DNA of 32,000 nucleotides from Actinomycetes bacterium (GTDB lineage Bacteria; Actinomycetota; Actinomycetes; Mycobacteriales; Mycobacteriaceae): NCBI GenBank assembly GCA_023460175.1, contig JAEWRC010000104.1, positions 52,470 to 84,469 of the forward strand, read 5' to 3'. Shown piece by piece: positions 21,700 to 29,670 of this stretch (position 1 is its first letter; each line of letters starts with the position of its first letter). The notes under the pieces were generated by a model. It saw only the letters and a program-made list of their open reading frames with translations, ran no database searches and was not told where the DNA came from. The position numbers and the translations under genes were made by a program.

Positions 21700-22989
21700 C
21701 TAGATCCGAAGTTCGACGTCGGGGGGCTCGTTGGGATCGGCCTCGCCGAGGACCGGGGGAGCCGCAGTCCCGAGATCTCCGACGATTTCAGTGCCCTGGT
21801 CGGAGGTGTGCAGGAACGCCGCCGAAGTATGGTTGTTCGAGGAGGCGTTGGCTCCGTGACCTGCCATGGGCGCAAACGGGCCGCCCATCATCGAGCCGCC
21901 GGCCAATCCTGTGGCGCCGGGGGCTCGGAACGTTGCGGCAGGGGGCGCAGTAGCGGGTTGGAGCTGCGCTGTCGGCGACGTCGTCATCGATCGCGACGCG
22001 AGCGTGCCCGCACCGCCGGAACTCCCGCCGCCGGCGCCGGTCCCCACGGGTGACGCGGCGCCTACGGGGGTGCCCTCGACGGGCGCGGTCGCGGAATCCT
22101 CTGCCTGCGAGGCAGATCTACTTTCCGCCGCGGCGGCCTCGGTGCCCGCCTGTAGGCCCGCCTGTGCGCCGGTGGTGGCCATCGCCATCAGCGATGAAAC
22201 CAAGCCGGCCAGCGGCGAGCCGCCCGCCTGCGGGGCGGCGGTGACGTTCACGGGTAGTCCTGCGGTGGTCACCTGTGCTGCCTGGCCGCTCAGCGAGCTC
22301 TGCAGCTCGGTCATCGCAGTGGTGGTCATGGCAATGGCCTTGTTGGCGGCCGCAATCGCCGCGGCCCACCCCCACGGGAAGATGATGTTCGGACCGATGG
22401 CGGCCATGGTGGCCTGGAATTCGGTGATGATCTCGATCAGGCGCACGCGCGCTTGTGCGACATCGGTTGCCGCGGTTGCCATGCTGGCCCGCAATGCGTC
22501 TGACTGCGCACCGACTTCGGATCCGTTGGCAATCGCGGCGGCAGTCTTCGTGGCTGCGGCGGTGCTCGACGTGCCTTGCCAGGAGTCGCTCAACGAGCCC
22601 AACGGCTGCGCGAGCGATCCGCCGCTGGAGTCAAACACCTGGGAGATGGCCCCCAACATCGCCGTTGGATCCATGCCGTCGAACAGACCGGAACCCAAAG
22701 TGCCGAGCGCGTCGGTGACCGGACTGATCAGCGCACTCGGATCCATCGGACTCGCGGGCGGCTGATCCTCTTCAGGTTGCGATTCCGGCTGCTGATCTTC
22801 CGGGGGCGGGCTCGCGCCAGCAAATTGAGGGAAGCCGAGCTGGGCCAGAATATCCTGTACCGGCAAACTTAGATATTCCTGCAGGCTGTGGTCTTGAGCC
22901 GCGATAATCGGGCCTGGATCGTAGCCGGGAATCAGCTGAGCTACCTGGCCCGTGGGATTGACGGGTGCGGGACTCGCAATTGCGGGCAT
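21700..22989 (-). CDS. Esp-type putative ESX substrate (429 aa) with internal WXG and Pro/Gly/Ala-rich regions
   Basis: D-S-W-Q-G (W-Q-G at 22573-22581) is followed by long helices. It has a Pro/Glu/Gln-rich N-terminal region and a Gly/Ala/Ser-rich C-terminal half ending ...T-A-A-P-P-V-L-G-E-A-D-P-N-E-P-P-D-V-E-L-R-I. It starts 14 nt after the PE-like gene. Confidence 0.65.
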   Translation of the reverse strand: MPAIASPAPVNPTGQVAQLIPGYDPGPIIAAQDHSLQEYLSLPVQDILAQLGFPQFAGASPPPEDQQPESQPEEDQPPASPMDPSALISPVTDALGTLGSGLFDGMDPTAMLGAISQVFDSSGGSLAQPLGSLSDSWQGTSSTAAATKTAAAIANGSEVGAQSDALRASMATAATDVAQARVRLIEIITEFQATMAAIGPNIIFPWGWAAAIAAANKAIAMTTTAMTELQSSLSGQAAQVTTAGLPVNVTAAPQAGGSPLAGLVSSLMAMATTGAQAGLQAGTEAAAAESRSASQAEDSATAPVEGTPVGAASPVGTGAGGGSSGGAGTLASRSMTTSPTAQLQPATAPPAATFRAPGATGLAGGSMMGGPFAPMAGHGANASSNNHTSAAFLHTSDQGTEIVGDLGTAAPPVLGEADPNEPPDVELRI

Positions 22990-23002
22990 GGGCGCCTAGG
23001 GG

Positions 23003-23287
23003 TCAGCCGTTTTCAGCGGCGACGATGGCCGACGAGGAGGCATCAGTGGCGGCGCCAATGCCGGCATGTACGCCGCCCACGAGCAGCGTTCCCGCCAGAT
23101 TATTCGCTTGAGCTGGGCCGTATGCGGCCAGATAGAGCGCGCCGATCGGGCCGAGCGCGGCCGCCGCGGCGCTGAGCATGGCCGCTGAGTCAGCCGATCC
23201 AACCGTGGTGATCGCCGCCGACGCGGCCACATTGGCGGCGGAGAACGTCGCCATACCCGCGGGGACGGCGACAAATTCCTCACTCAT
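23003..23287 (-). CDS. PE-like small protein (94 aa)
   Basis: An Ala-rich two-helix protein: MSEEFVAVPAGMATFSAANVAASAAITTVGSADSAAMLSAAAAALGPIG... An AGGAAGG RBS lies upstream. It is the first gene of the substrate operon. Confidence 0.65.
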   Translation of the reverse strand: MSEEFVAVPAGMATFSAANVAASAAITTVGSADSAAMLSAAAAALGPIGALYLAAYGPAQANNLAGTLLVGGVHAGIGAATDASSSAIVAAENG

Positions 23288-23318
23288 GGGGTGGGTAACC
23301 TTCCTCGCTAACGATTTG

Positions 23319-23339
23319 TCGATACACGATGTATCGCAC
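23319..23339 (-). promoter_or_regulatory. Conserved upstream element GTGCGATACAYCGTGTAYC (copy 2)
   Basis: The minus strand reads GTGCGATACATCGTGTATCGA, 32 nt upstream of ATG 23287. It contains the 7-bp inverted repeat CGATACA / TGTATCG. Confidence 0.4.
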
Positions 23340-23519
23340 CACGGAACTATAGCGGTAGACCCTCGCAGTAGCGAAGGCTTTTTTGAGCAAATGTTGGGCG
23401 CGGCGACCTCCGCGGCATTATTGACAAGGGGTCACATTGACTGAGGCAACAAGTGCGGCACCGAATATGCGCGGAGGTGTTCGCGCACGGCGTGGTCAAA
23501 CGCCGGTGCAGCCCGGCAG

Positions 23520-23882
23520 TTAGTGCTGCGCCTCGCCCGGCTCGAAAGTGGTTCCGTCCCAGCGGGTTAGTGGTTCCTGCGCTAGCCCACTCAGGCGTCC
23601 GCTGAACTCCTCGGTGAGGTAGTTCAGCCGGTCCGCCGCCACTCGGGCCGCCGCCTGAGCGGTGTCGACGATCAGTTTGGCCAGTGCGCCCGGACCCAGT
23701 TTGTGTGCGTTGGGACCAAGCCGCAACCCGGTCATCGTGCCGAACCCGTCGACCTCGACGCTGACGTTCTGGTCGCGGCTGGTGACACGGGCCGAGATGG
23801 AGTGGCAATGGTCGTGCATCGCAGCCACCAGGTCGCGCTGCTTGATGATGCGGGCGATCAGTGAGTCGGCGAGCCCGGTCAC
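23520..23882 (-). CDS. EspL-like YbaB/EbfC-fold protein
   Basis: ...V-S-V-E-V-D-G-F-G-T-M-T-G-L-R-L-G-P-N-A-H-K-L-G-P-G-A-L-A-K-L-I-V-D-T-A-Q-A-A-A matches the EspL core by eye (V-E-V-T-I-N-G-H-Q-W-L-T-G-L-R-I...L-G-A-E-A-V-A-Q-R-V-N-E-A-L). GTG 23882 overlaps the upstream stop (GTGA). The ORF-track TTG 23897 is an alternative start. Confidence 0.7.
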   Translation of the reverse strand: MTGLADSLIARIIKQRDLVAAMHDHCHSISARVTSRDQNVSVEVDGFGTMTGLRLGPNAHKLGPGALAKLIVDTAQAAARVAADRLNYLTEEFSGRLSGLAQEPLTRWDGTTFEPGEAQH

Positions 23883-24202
23883 ACCGAAACCCTCCAACTG
23901 GGCGGATGGTCATCGTCGTCGCCGAGCGCCTCTTCTTCGGCGTGGGCCAGCTCTTCCTCCGTGGCCAGTTGCAGAGTGCGAATCACAGCAGTACTGAAGC
24001 CTTTTTCGGCTAACTCACGCCTGCGCGCGACCTGCGTGCGCGCAGCGGACAACCGGCACAGGGCCATGATGTCGCGTGCCAGTTGTTCGGGTGACTTCTT
24101 CAACTCGACAGCATCAAGGCTGAGCGCGACCGGCAGACCGCGTTCGGTAGTGCGCACCGAGATGGTGCCACTGCTTGACTTCACCGGCTGCTGCTGCGAC
24201 AT
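23879..24202 (-). CDS. EspD/EspH-family-like protein (107 aa)
   Basis: G-T-I-S-V-R-T-T-E-R-G-L-P-V-A-L-S-L-D...S-P-E-Q-L-A-R-D-I-M-A-L-C-R-L-S-A-A and L-Q-L-A-T-E-E-E-L-A-H-A-E-E-E parallel the EspH core (G-S-V-S-V-S-T-L-M-D-G-R-I...S-E-A-Q-L-A-D-E-I-F-V-I-A-D-L-A; L-N-L-P-T-P-E-E-A-A-A-A-E-A-E), recalled from memory. It is divergent from eccA. Confidence 0.6.
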   Translation of the reverse strand: MSQQQPVKSSSGTISVRTTERGLPVALSLDAVELKKSPEQLARDIMALCRLSAARTQVARRRELAEKGFSTAVIRTLQLATEEELAHAEEEALGDDDDHPPSWRVSV

Positions 24203-24370
24203 ATAACAACACCCTATTGCGGTTCAGAACTTAGTACAATGACGAACATCCGCCTCAGATCGGGCGCGACCGGAGAGATTGAATCACTCGCGCTCGCCGT
24301 CGTTTCCAACGACATCTCGATGGTCACGGCTTTGTGCATCTCGGCTCAGGGAGGAGACAGGTCACCGGCG

Positions 24371-26188
24371 ATGAGTGGGACCAGCGACGCCCAACGGGTA
24401 TTCGATGCCGGCGTGCTGTCGCTCGGTATTCCGATCGACGGCCTGGAGACCGAGCGCGATCTCGCGTATGCCGCGCTGGCCTTTAAACGCGCCACCGAGT
24501 ATGACCCCGACATGTGCGATGCCTGGCTGGGCCGTGCCGTTGCCGGCGACACCAGCCCGGAGGTCATCTACCACCTGTACCGCACCAGCAAGTCCTCGTT
24601 GTTTCGCGAGCAGCGCCGCACCGGCATTCCGCCCGGCGCGCTGTGCGGGCGATTTCAGACCGGGCTGTACCTGGACTACCCGCTTGCCACCAAGACCGAG
24701 ATCTGGCTCGCGTATGCCGCCGGCATGATTGGCGCCAAAGATTACAGCGAAGCCGAGCAGGTTCTCGACGAGTTGGCCATCCTGCGCGCCGCGATGCCGG
24801 ATCGAGATGAGGCGGCCGGCGAGATCTGTTCCTACATCCGGGGGGTCCTGCATTTCACCACCCAGCGCTGGCCGGACGTGTTGACTGCGCTGAGCAGTTC
24901 GGCGTCGTTCGAGGATCCGTTCATGGCCGCCGGCGCCCACCTCATGGTGGGTTCGGCCTGTGCGCAGATGGGTCTGTTCGGGGAAGGGATCCGTCGGCTG
25001 GATCAGGCGATCGAGGGCACAGTCCCGTTGGCGCGCCGAGCAGCGGAGTTCTGCAAGGGCTTGACGCTGCGCGAGATGGGTAATGAGCAGGAGGCACGTG
25101 ACATCTTCGAGCGGATCTACAGCGAGGAACCGGGATTCGAGGCGAACGCCGCGGCATTGAAGGACCCGAAGTACCGCCTGGTCATCACGTCGAAAGAAGT
25201 CATCGACTCACGTACAGACAGGTGGGACCCGGCCAGTGCCCCCAGCGCGGAAGAACTTCTCGGCGACGAAACGTCTGAACGTGGCAACGAGTACCTGCGT
25301 GCGGCACAACAAGAACTGGATCGGCAGATCGGATTGTCGGAGGTCAAACTGCAAGTCGCCAAACTGAAGTCGGCAGCGATGCTGGCAAAGGTGCGCGGCG
25401 ACAAGGGCCTGAACGCTGCGGCCCGCACGCTGCACCTTGCCTTCACCGGACCTCCCGGTACGGGAAAAACCACAATCGCCCGAGTCGTCGCAAAGACGTA
25501 CTGCGGGCTCGGCCTACTGCGGACGCCGAACGTCGTTGAGGCGAAACGCAACGACCTCGTCGGGCAGCACCTCGGCAGCACAGCGATCAAGACATCCGCG
25601 CTAATCGACTCGGCGATGGACGGGGTGCTGTTCATCGACGAGGCCTACTCGTTGATCCAGACCGGGTTGTCGGGCGGCGACGCGTTCGGGCGGGAAGCGG
25701 TGGACACGCTGCTTGCACGGATGGAGAACGACCGCGAACGCCTTGTCGTCATCATCGCCGGATACGACGCCGAGATCGATCGGTTCCTTACGTCCAACGA
25801 AGGTCTGACCTCTCGCTTCTCCAAGCGAATCCGGTTCCAGTCGTACAGTCCGCTGGAACTGGGCGATATCGGGCGGCTGATTGCAAGATCCCGAGACTCG
25901 GATCTGTCGGAGGCGGCCTACGAGGAACTCGTATCGGCGTGCACCACCCTGTGCCAGGGCGAGGCGCCTGACTCGTCGGGCCAGTTGCGTCGGCGCATCG
26001 ACCTTGTCGGCAACGGGCGGTTCGCGCGCAACGTGGTTGAAGCCGCGGAGGAAGAACGCGAGTACAGGCTGAGTGAAAGCTACGGTGCAAACCTGCAGGA
26101 TCTCGATGAAACCCAATTGATGCGCATCGAACTCCCGGACATGCAGGCTGCGCTCAAACAGGTGCTGGGCATGCTCGCTGTGGGCTAA
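24371..26188 (+). CDS. eccA: EccA-type ESX AAA+ ATPase (TPR-like N-domain plus CbxX-type AAA+ domain)
   Basis: ...Y-D-P-D-M-C-D-A-W-L-G-R... N-domain, A-L-K-D-P-K-Y-R-L linker, Walker A G-P-P-G-T-G-K-T-T (about 25448-25474), Walker B V-L-F-I-D-E-A-Y, and L-L-A-R-M-E-N-D-R-E-R-L-V-V-I-I-A-G-Y. It is collinear with M. tuberculosis EccA1 from memory. The ATG 24371 start was chosen by alignment to the EccA N-terminus; the ORF is open from 24239. Confidence 0.9.
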   Translation: MSGTSDAQRVFDAGVLSLGIPIDGLETERDLAYAALAFKRATEYDPDMCDAWLGRAVAGDTSPEVIYHLYRTSKSSLFREQRRTGIPPGALCGRFQTGLYLDYPLATKTEIWLAYAAGMIGAKDYSEAEQVLDELAILRAAMPDRDEAAGEICSYIRGVLHFTTQRWPDVLTALSSSASFEDPFMAAGAHLMVGSACAQMGLFGEGIRRLDQAIEGTVPLARRAAEFCKGLTLREMGNEQEARDIFERIYSEEPGFEANAAALKDPKYRLVITSKEVIDSRTDRWDPASAPSAEELLGDETSERGNEYLRAAQQELDRQIGLSEVKLQVAKLKSAAMLAKVRGDKGLNAAARTLHLAFTGPPGTGKTTIARVVAKTYCGLGLLRTPNVVEAKRNDLVGQHLGSTAIKTSALIDSAMDGVLFIDEAYSLIQTGLSGGDAFGREAVDTLLARMENDRERLVVIIAGYDAEIDRFLTSNEGLTSRFSKRIRFQSYSPLELGDIGRLIARSRDSDLSEAAYEELVSACTTLCQGEAPDSSGQLRRRIDLVGNGRFARNVVEAAEEEREYRLSESYGANLQDLDETQLMRIELPDMQAALKQVLGMLAVG

Positions 26189-26204
26189 CGAACGGAATGC
26201 GGAG

Positions 26205-27239
26205 ATGACACAACCGGCGGATACCGGACCAGTGCGGCTGCCACAGCCCACAACCGACCTGTCTGCGTCGACGCCGTTCACGAGTGCCCCGCCGACCACG
26301 CCGCCGGCGGGGGTACCGACGAACGGAGAGTTGGGCCTGACCCGTAGCCGGCCTGTGCCACCAGCGGGCTGGCGCAAGGCAGTGTACCGTGCGACCGGCT
26401 TCAACCCAGGTGAATCTGCCAAGCAGAGCCGCCAGCGGGCGGTGATCCACCGGGTCAACCAGCCGGTGCGGGGCGCCTTCAGCGTGGCGGTGCTTTCGCA
26501 GAAGGGCGGCGTCGGCAAGACGACGACCGCCGTCGGTCTGGGGGCCACGCTGGCGGCGATGCGTGGCGACCGGGTGATTGCGGTGGACGCCAACCCTGAT
26601 TTCGGTACGCTGGCGCAGCGCGGCCCGGGCGAGACCGGCTCCACGGTGCGCGATGTGCTGCTCGACGAGAACATCGTTCGGTATTCCGACATGCGCGGCC
26701 ACACGTCGCAGGGTTCGAGCGGGCTGGAGATCCTGGCCTCAGAGCGCGATCCGGCAACTTCGGAGGCCTTCTCCGAAGCTGACTACCGAGGGGTGCTGGA
26801 CGTCCTGAAGCGCTTCTACAACGTGATCCTGACCGATTGCGGTACCGGTCTGGTCCATTCGGCGATGGCCGGGGTGCTCGACGCGGCCGATATGATCGTC
26901 ATCGTGGCCTCGCCTGCGGTGGATTCGGCACGCAGCGCACTGGCCACTCTGGATTGGCTCACCCGGCATGGCTACTCGCGCCTGGTTCCGTGGGCGACGG
27001 TGGTGGTCAGCGCGTCTCGGCCGGGTGCGCTGGGGCTGGATATCCATCAGTTAGCCCGCGGCTTCCTTCCTCGGGCGCGCGCCCTGCACATCATCCCGTT
27101 CGACGATCACCTGGCCGAGGGGTCAGAGATCCATCCGGACCTGCTGAGCCGCCAGGCCCGGCAGGCTTTCCTCGAACTGGCCGCCACCGTTGCCGATGGT
27201 TTCTCCGCCGTGCGCGCCACGGAGCTCGGCGGCGCCTAA
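26205..27239 (+). CDS. EspI-like ParA/MinD-family ATPase with Pro/Thr-rich N-terminus
   Basis: Deviant Walker A S-Q-K-G-G-V-G-K-T-T-T (about 26497-26529). The preceding G-W-R-K-A-V-Y-R-A-T-G-F-N-P-G segment is typical of EspI/Rv3888c-like ESX-associated ATPases. It starts 17 nt after the eccA stop. Confidence 0.8.
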   Translation: MTQPADTGPVRLPQPTTDLSASTPFTSAPPTTPPAGVPTNGELGLTRSRPVPPAGWRKAVYRATGFNPGESAKQSRQRAVIHRVNQPVRGAFSVAVLSQKGGVGKTTTAVGLGATLAAMRGDRVIAVDANPDFGTLAQRGPGETGSTVRDVLLDENIVRYSDMRGHTSQGSSGLEILASERDPATSEAFSEADYRGVLDVLKRFYNVILTDCGTGLVHSAMAGVLDAADMIVIVASPAVDSARSALATLDWLTRHGYSRLVPWATVVVSASRPGALGLDIHQLARGFLPRARALHIIPFDDHLAEGSEIHPDLLSRQARQAFLELAATVADGFSAVRATELGGA

Positions 27240-27358
27240 CCACTGCCTGCGCTAATTTGCCTGCGCTGAATTTCATCACCGAAACTATTGCGCGACAGTG
27301 CTTCCCGATTTGGTGGGTAGAAGAACATCTCCGCGGGCCCTGGCGCAGCTCAAACGTG

Positions 27359-27412
27359 TTGACAATGCAACACGAACGGTCGTACTATCTGTGTACGCTC
27401 GTTCGTTTGCAT
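27359..27412 (+). promoter_or_regulatory. Sigma-70-like promoter (TTGACA-N18-TACTAT) embedded in an imperfect inverted repeat
   Basis: TTGACA at 27359-27364 and TACTAT at 27383-27388. ATGCAACACGAACG (27365-27378) and CGTTCGTTTGCAT (27400-27412) form a 13-bp inverted repeat with a one-base bulge bracketing the -10 element. It lies upstream of the cupin-aminotransferase operon. Confidence 0.4.
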
Positions 27413-27495
27413 AGTTGGGTGGACGGAGTCCTCAATCATGTTGTGCGGCCACAGATCTCGTGACGGTTTGGGTCAACGCCGGCGGGCCGCGCGTC

Positions 27496-28026
27496 ATGAG
27501 TAACGCGAACGTGACGGTGGTCGGTCCCCACGACTCACAAGCCATCGTCGGACCCCAGGGCCAACAGCTAGTCCCGTGCGTCACCACCGAAAGCTGCGGC
27601 TCAACCGATCTTTCCGCGGGCATGGTGGTGATGCCGCCGGCCACCAATTCCCTTTTGCACCATCATGTGCACACCAACATCGTGGTGATGTGCGTGCGGG
27701 GCTGGGCGGCGACCTTGATCGGTCCCGAACTCCAGCCCCGTTTTCACGGTCCTGGCGAGTTCATCTACGTACCGGCCGGTGTGCTGCACATGGCCGTCAA
27801 TCTGAGCGTGTCCGACGCTCTGGTCGCTGTCGAGGTGCGCACCGACCCGAATTTCAACGACGATGTCGTGGTTGCGGCCGACGGACAAGTTGAGGCTACC
27901 GCCGTGGCGTCCGCCGTGCGGGACGGCTTCGACGGCACCGCGCCACACAATCTCCGGCGGAGCGGGTCGCGGACGCCTGCGAGGTTCGATGTGATCAGTA
28001 CAGCGGCAGAGGTCTTCGTACCGTGA
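27496..28026 (+). CDS. Cupin-domain protein
   Basis: ...H-H-H-V-H-T-N-I-V-V-M-C-V-R-G...G-E-F-I-Y-V-P-A-G-V-L-H-M-A-V-N is the two-motif cupin signature. The ATG 27496 start is uncertain; the ORF is open from TTG 27415. Confidence 0.7.
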   Translation: MSNANVTVVGPHDSQAIVGPQGQQLVPCVTTESCGSTDLSAGMVVMPPATNSLLHHHVHTNIVVMCVRGWAATLIGPELQPRFHGPGEFIYVPAGVLHMAVNLSVSDALVAVEVRTDPNFNDDVVVAADGQVEATAVASAVRDGFDGTAPHNLRRSGSRTPARFDVISTAAEVFVP

Positions 28027-29270
28027 CCGTTCAAGCAACCGCTTCAGCCAACACAGGCGCAGCAGTTCACCGTGAGCGGTGGGTAGACCAACTAATGGCG
28101 AAGCTCGGTAGCAGCATGGCGGGCGGCGACCCGATGTCGCAGATCCATGAGCAGCTGGCACAGCGTACCGACGTCGTATCGTTCGCGGTCGGCGCGCCTG
28201 ACTCGAGTGTGCTCCCCGTCGAACTCGTCGGGGAGTGCGCGCAGTCGGCGCTGCGACGGTGGGGCGGCTCAGCGTTACAGTACGGTTCACTTCGCGGCTT
28301 CCCGCCCTTGTTGGACGTCGTGGGCGACATGCTGGCCGCTCGCGGAGTACCCACAGGTACCGAACGCACGCACATTTCGACTGGCGGTTCCGGCGCGCTC
28401 TACAGCATTATTGCCGCGCTTATTGACCCCGGCGATGTCGTCCTCGTCGAACGCCCGACGTACGCCCCGGCCGTGTCGGTGTTTCGTGACCACGGGGCGG
28501 TGATCGTCGACGTCGACACCGACGAGCAGGGCGCGGTGCCCGCCGCTTTGGATCTCGCGCTGGAAGTTTGTGGTGGCGCCGTGGTCTATTTGCTGCCCAC
28601 CTTCCAGAATCCCACTGGCCGCACAGCTTCCGCTGTTCGTCGGTGCGAGATCGCCGAGGTCGTACGTCGCCACGGTATCTTGGCGATTGAGGACGACGTG
28701 TATTGCGACTTGCGCTACCGCGGCCAACCCGTGCCCGCCCTGTGCAGCTATGCGCCCGAGCATGTTGCGTATGTAACCTCGCTGTCGAAGACATTGGCCC
28801 CGGCTCTGCGGATCGGAGTCACGACGATGCCACCCCCGCTGTTGGATGCCGTGCTCCGGGTCAAACAAGGCATCGACATGCAGACCTCCTCCTTCAATCA
28901 GGCCGTCGCCACCGAACTTGTCGGTGCGCCGGATTTCGAGTTGCATCTCGCGCGGGTGGTAGACGAGTACGGAACCCGGATGGACGGCTTGCTGGACGCA
29001 CTGGCCCGACACATGCCGAGTTCATTTCGCTGGTCGAAACCGACAGGTGGGCTCTTCGTCTGGGCCGAGGGACCGAAGCGTTTCGACTCCCGGGAGATGT
29101 TGACGCGGGCGCTTTCTGCGGGTGTCGCGTTCATGCCCGGATCGGCATTTCACGCCTGCGGCGGCGGGCACAGTGCGATGCGGTTGAGTATCGCCGGTGT
29201 GACGGTGGCCGACATCGACCATGGTGTGGAGGTTCTGGCCGGTCTATGCGCCGGGTACAGCGATGTTTGA
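28023..29270 (+). CDS. PLP-dependent aminotransferase, class I/II (2-aminoadipate/aromatic aminotransferase-like)
   Basis: ...V-S-F-A-V-G-A-P-D..., Y-L-L-P-T-F-Q-N-P-T-G, and S-L-S-K-T-L-A-P-A-L-R-I-G carrying the PLP lysine. GTG 28023 overlaps the cupin stop (GTGA); ATG 28095 is an alternative start. Confidence 0.85.
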   Translation: MTVQATASANTGAAVHRERWVDQLMAKLGSSMAGGDPMSQIHEQLAQRTDVVSFAVGAPDSSVLPVELVGECAQSALRRWGGSALQYGSLRGFPPLLDVVGDMLAARGVPTGTERTHISTGGSGALYSIIAALIDPGDVVLVERPTYAPAVSVFRDHGAVIVDVDTDEQGAVPAALDLALEVCGGAVVYLLPTFQNPTGRTASAVRRCEIAEVVRRHGILAIEDDVYCDLRYRGQPVPALCSYAPEHVAYVTSLSKTLAPALRIGVTTMPPPLLDAVLRVKQGIDMQTSSFNQAVATELVGAPDFELHLARVVDEYGTRMDGLLDALARHMPSSFRWSKPTGGLFVWAEGPKRFDSREMLTRALSAGVAFMPGSAFHACGGGHSAMRLSIAGVTVADIDHGVEVLAGLCAGYSDV

Positions 29271-29670
29271 GCCGCCTGCACTTACTGGGCGTGGTGCCCC
29301 GCCACATGCGGTGGTCGGTGTGTGGCAGGTGTGGGCCGACGGAGCGCCATTCGACCACCACGTGATGACCTTCAACACCGAAGGGACAATGCTGCAATCG
29401 AACCCCGACGCCGGCAACGAGCACTACAGCACTAGCATTGGCATGGGGGTTTGGCGCGCAGAGGGCGATCTTGTCGTGGGACGCTTCTTGGAGACACGAG
29501 CACATCGCGTTACCCGCATAGCGTTGGGCTGCAGCATCATTAGATTCACCCTACGCATCACACTTGACGAGTTCACCGGGCACGCGGTGGCCACGAATCA
29601 CGATCGGCACGGCGCAACACTCGGAGGCAGTGCCGCGGTCACACTGCGCGGCACCCGATTCGCCGAATGA
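29263..29670 (+). CDS. Hypothetical protein (135 aa)
   Basis: ATG 29263 overlaps the aminotransferase 3' end (ATGTTTGA). Codon bias is consistent with coding. No family was recognised. Confidence 0.5.
   Translation: MFEPPALTGRGAPPHAVVGVWQVWADGAPFDHHVMTFNTEGTMLQSNPDAGNEHYSTSIGMGVWRAEGDLVVGRFLETRAHRVTRIALGCSIIRFTLRITLDEFTGHAVATNHDRHGATLGGSAAVTLRGTRFAE

Noticed and set aside
23361-23384. Hairpin CCTCGC-AGTA-GCGAAGG followed by C-TTTTTT on the plus strand, which looks like an intrinsic terminator.
   Set aside because: No plus-strand gene lies upstream to terminate. On the minus strand the A-run precedes the stem, which is the wrong polarity. The stem is short and bulged. It might block antisense transcription, but that is speculative.
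25601-26704. 367-aa minus-strand ORF spanning the eccA/espI-like junction. Comparable antisense ORFs are 15925-16854 (+), 19427-20527 (+), 20230-21147 (+) and 21866-22765 (+).
   Set aside because: Each lies opposite genes with strong family motifs (EccA Walker motifs, HSL esterase, EspG, PPE-like). Their translations are compositionally biased and carry no motifs.
27244-27273. Tandem direct repeat TGCCTGCGCTAATTT / TGCCTGCGCTGAATTT immediately after the espI-like stop codon.
   Set aside because: There are only two short copies, with no associated structure or gene. It could be slippage or a binding site, but nothing further supports a call.
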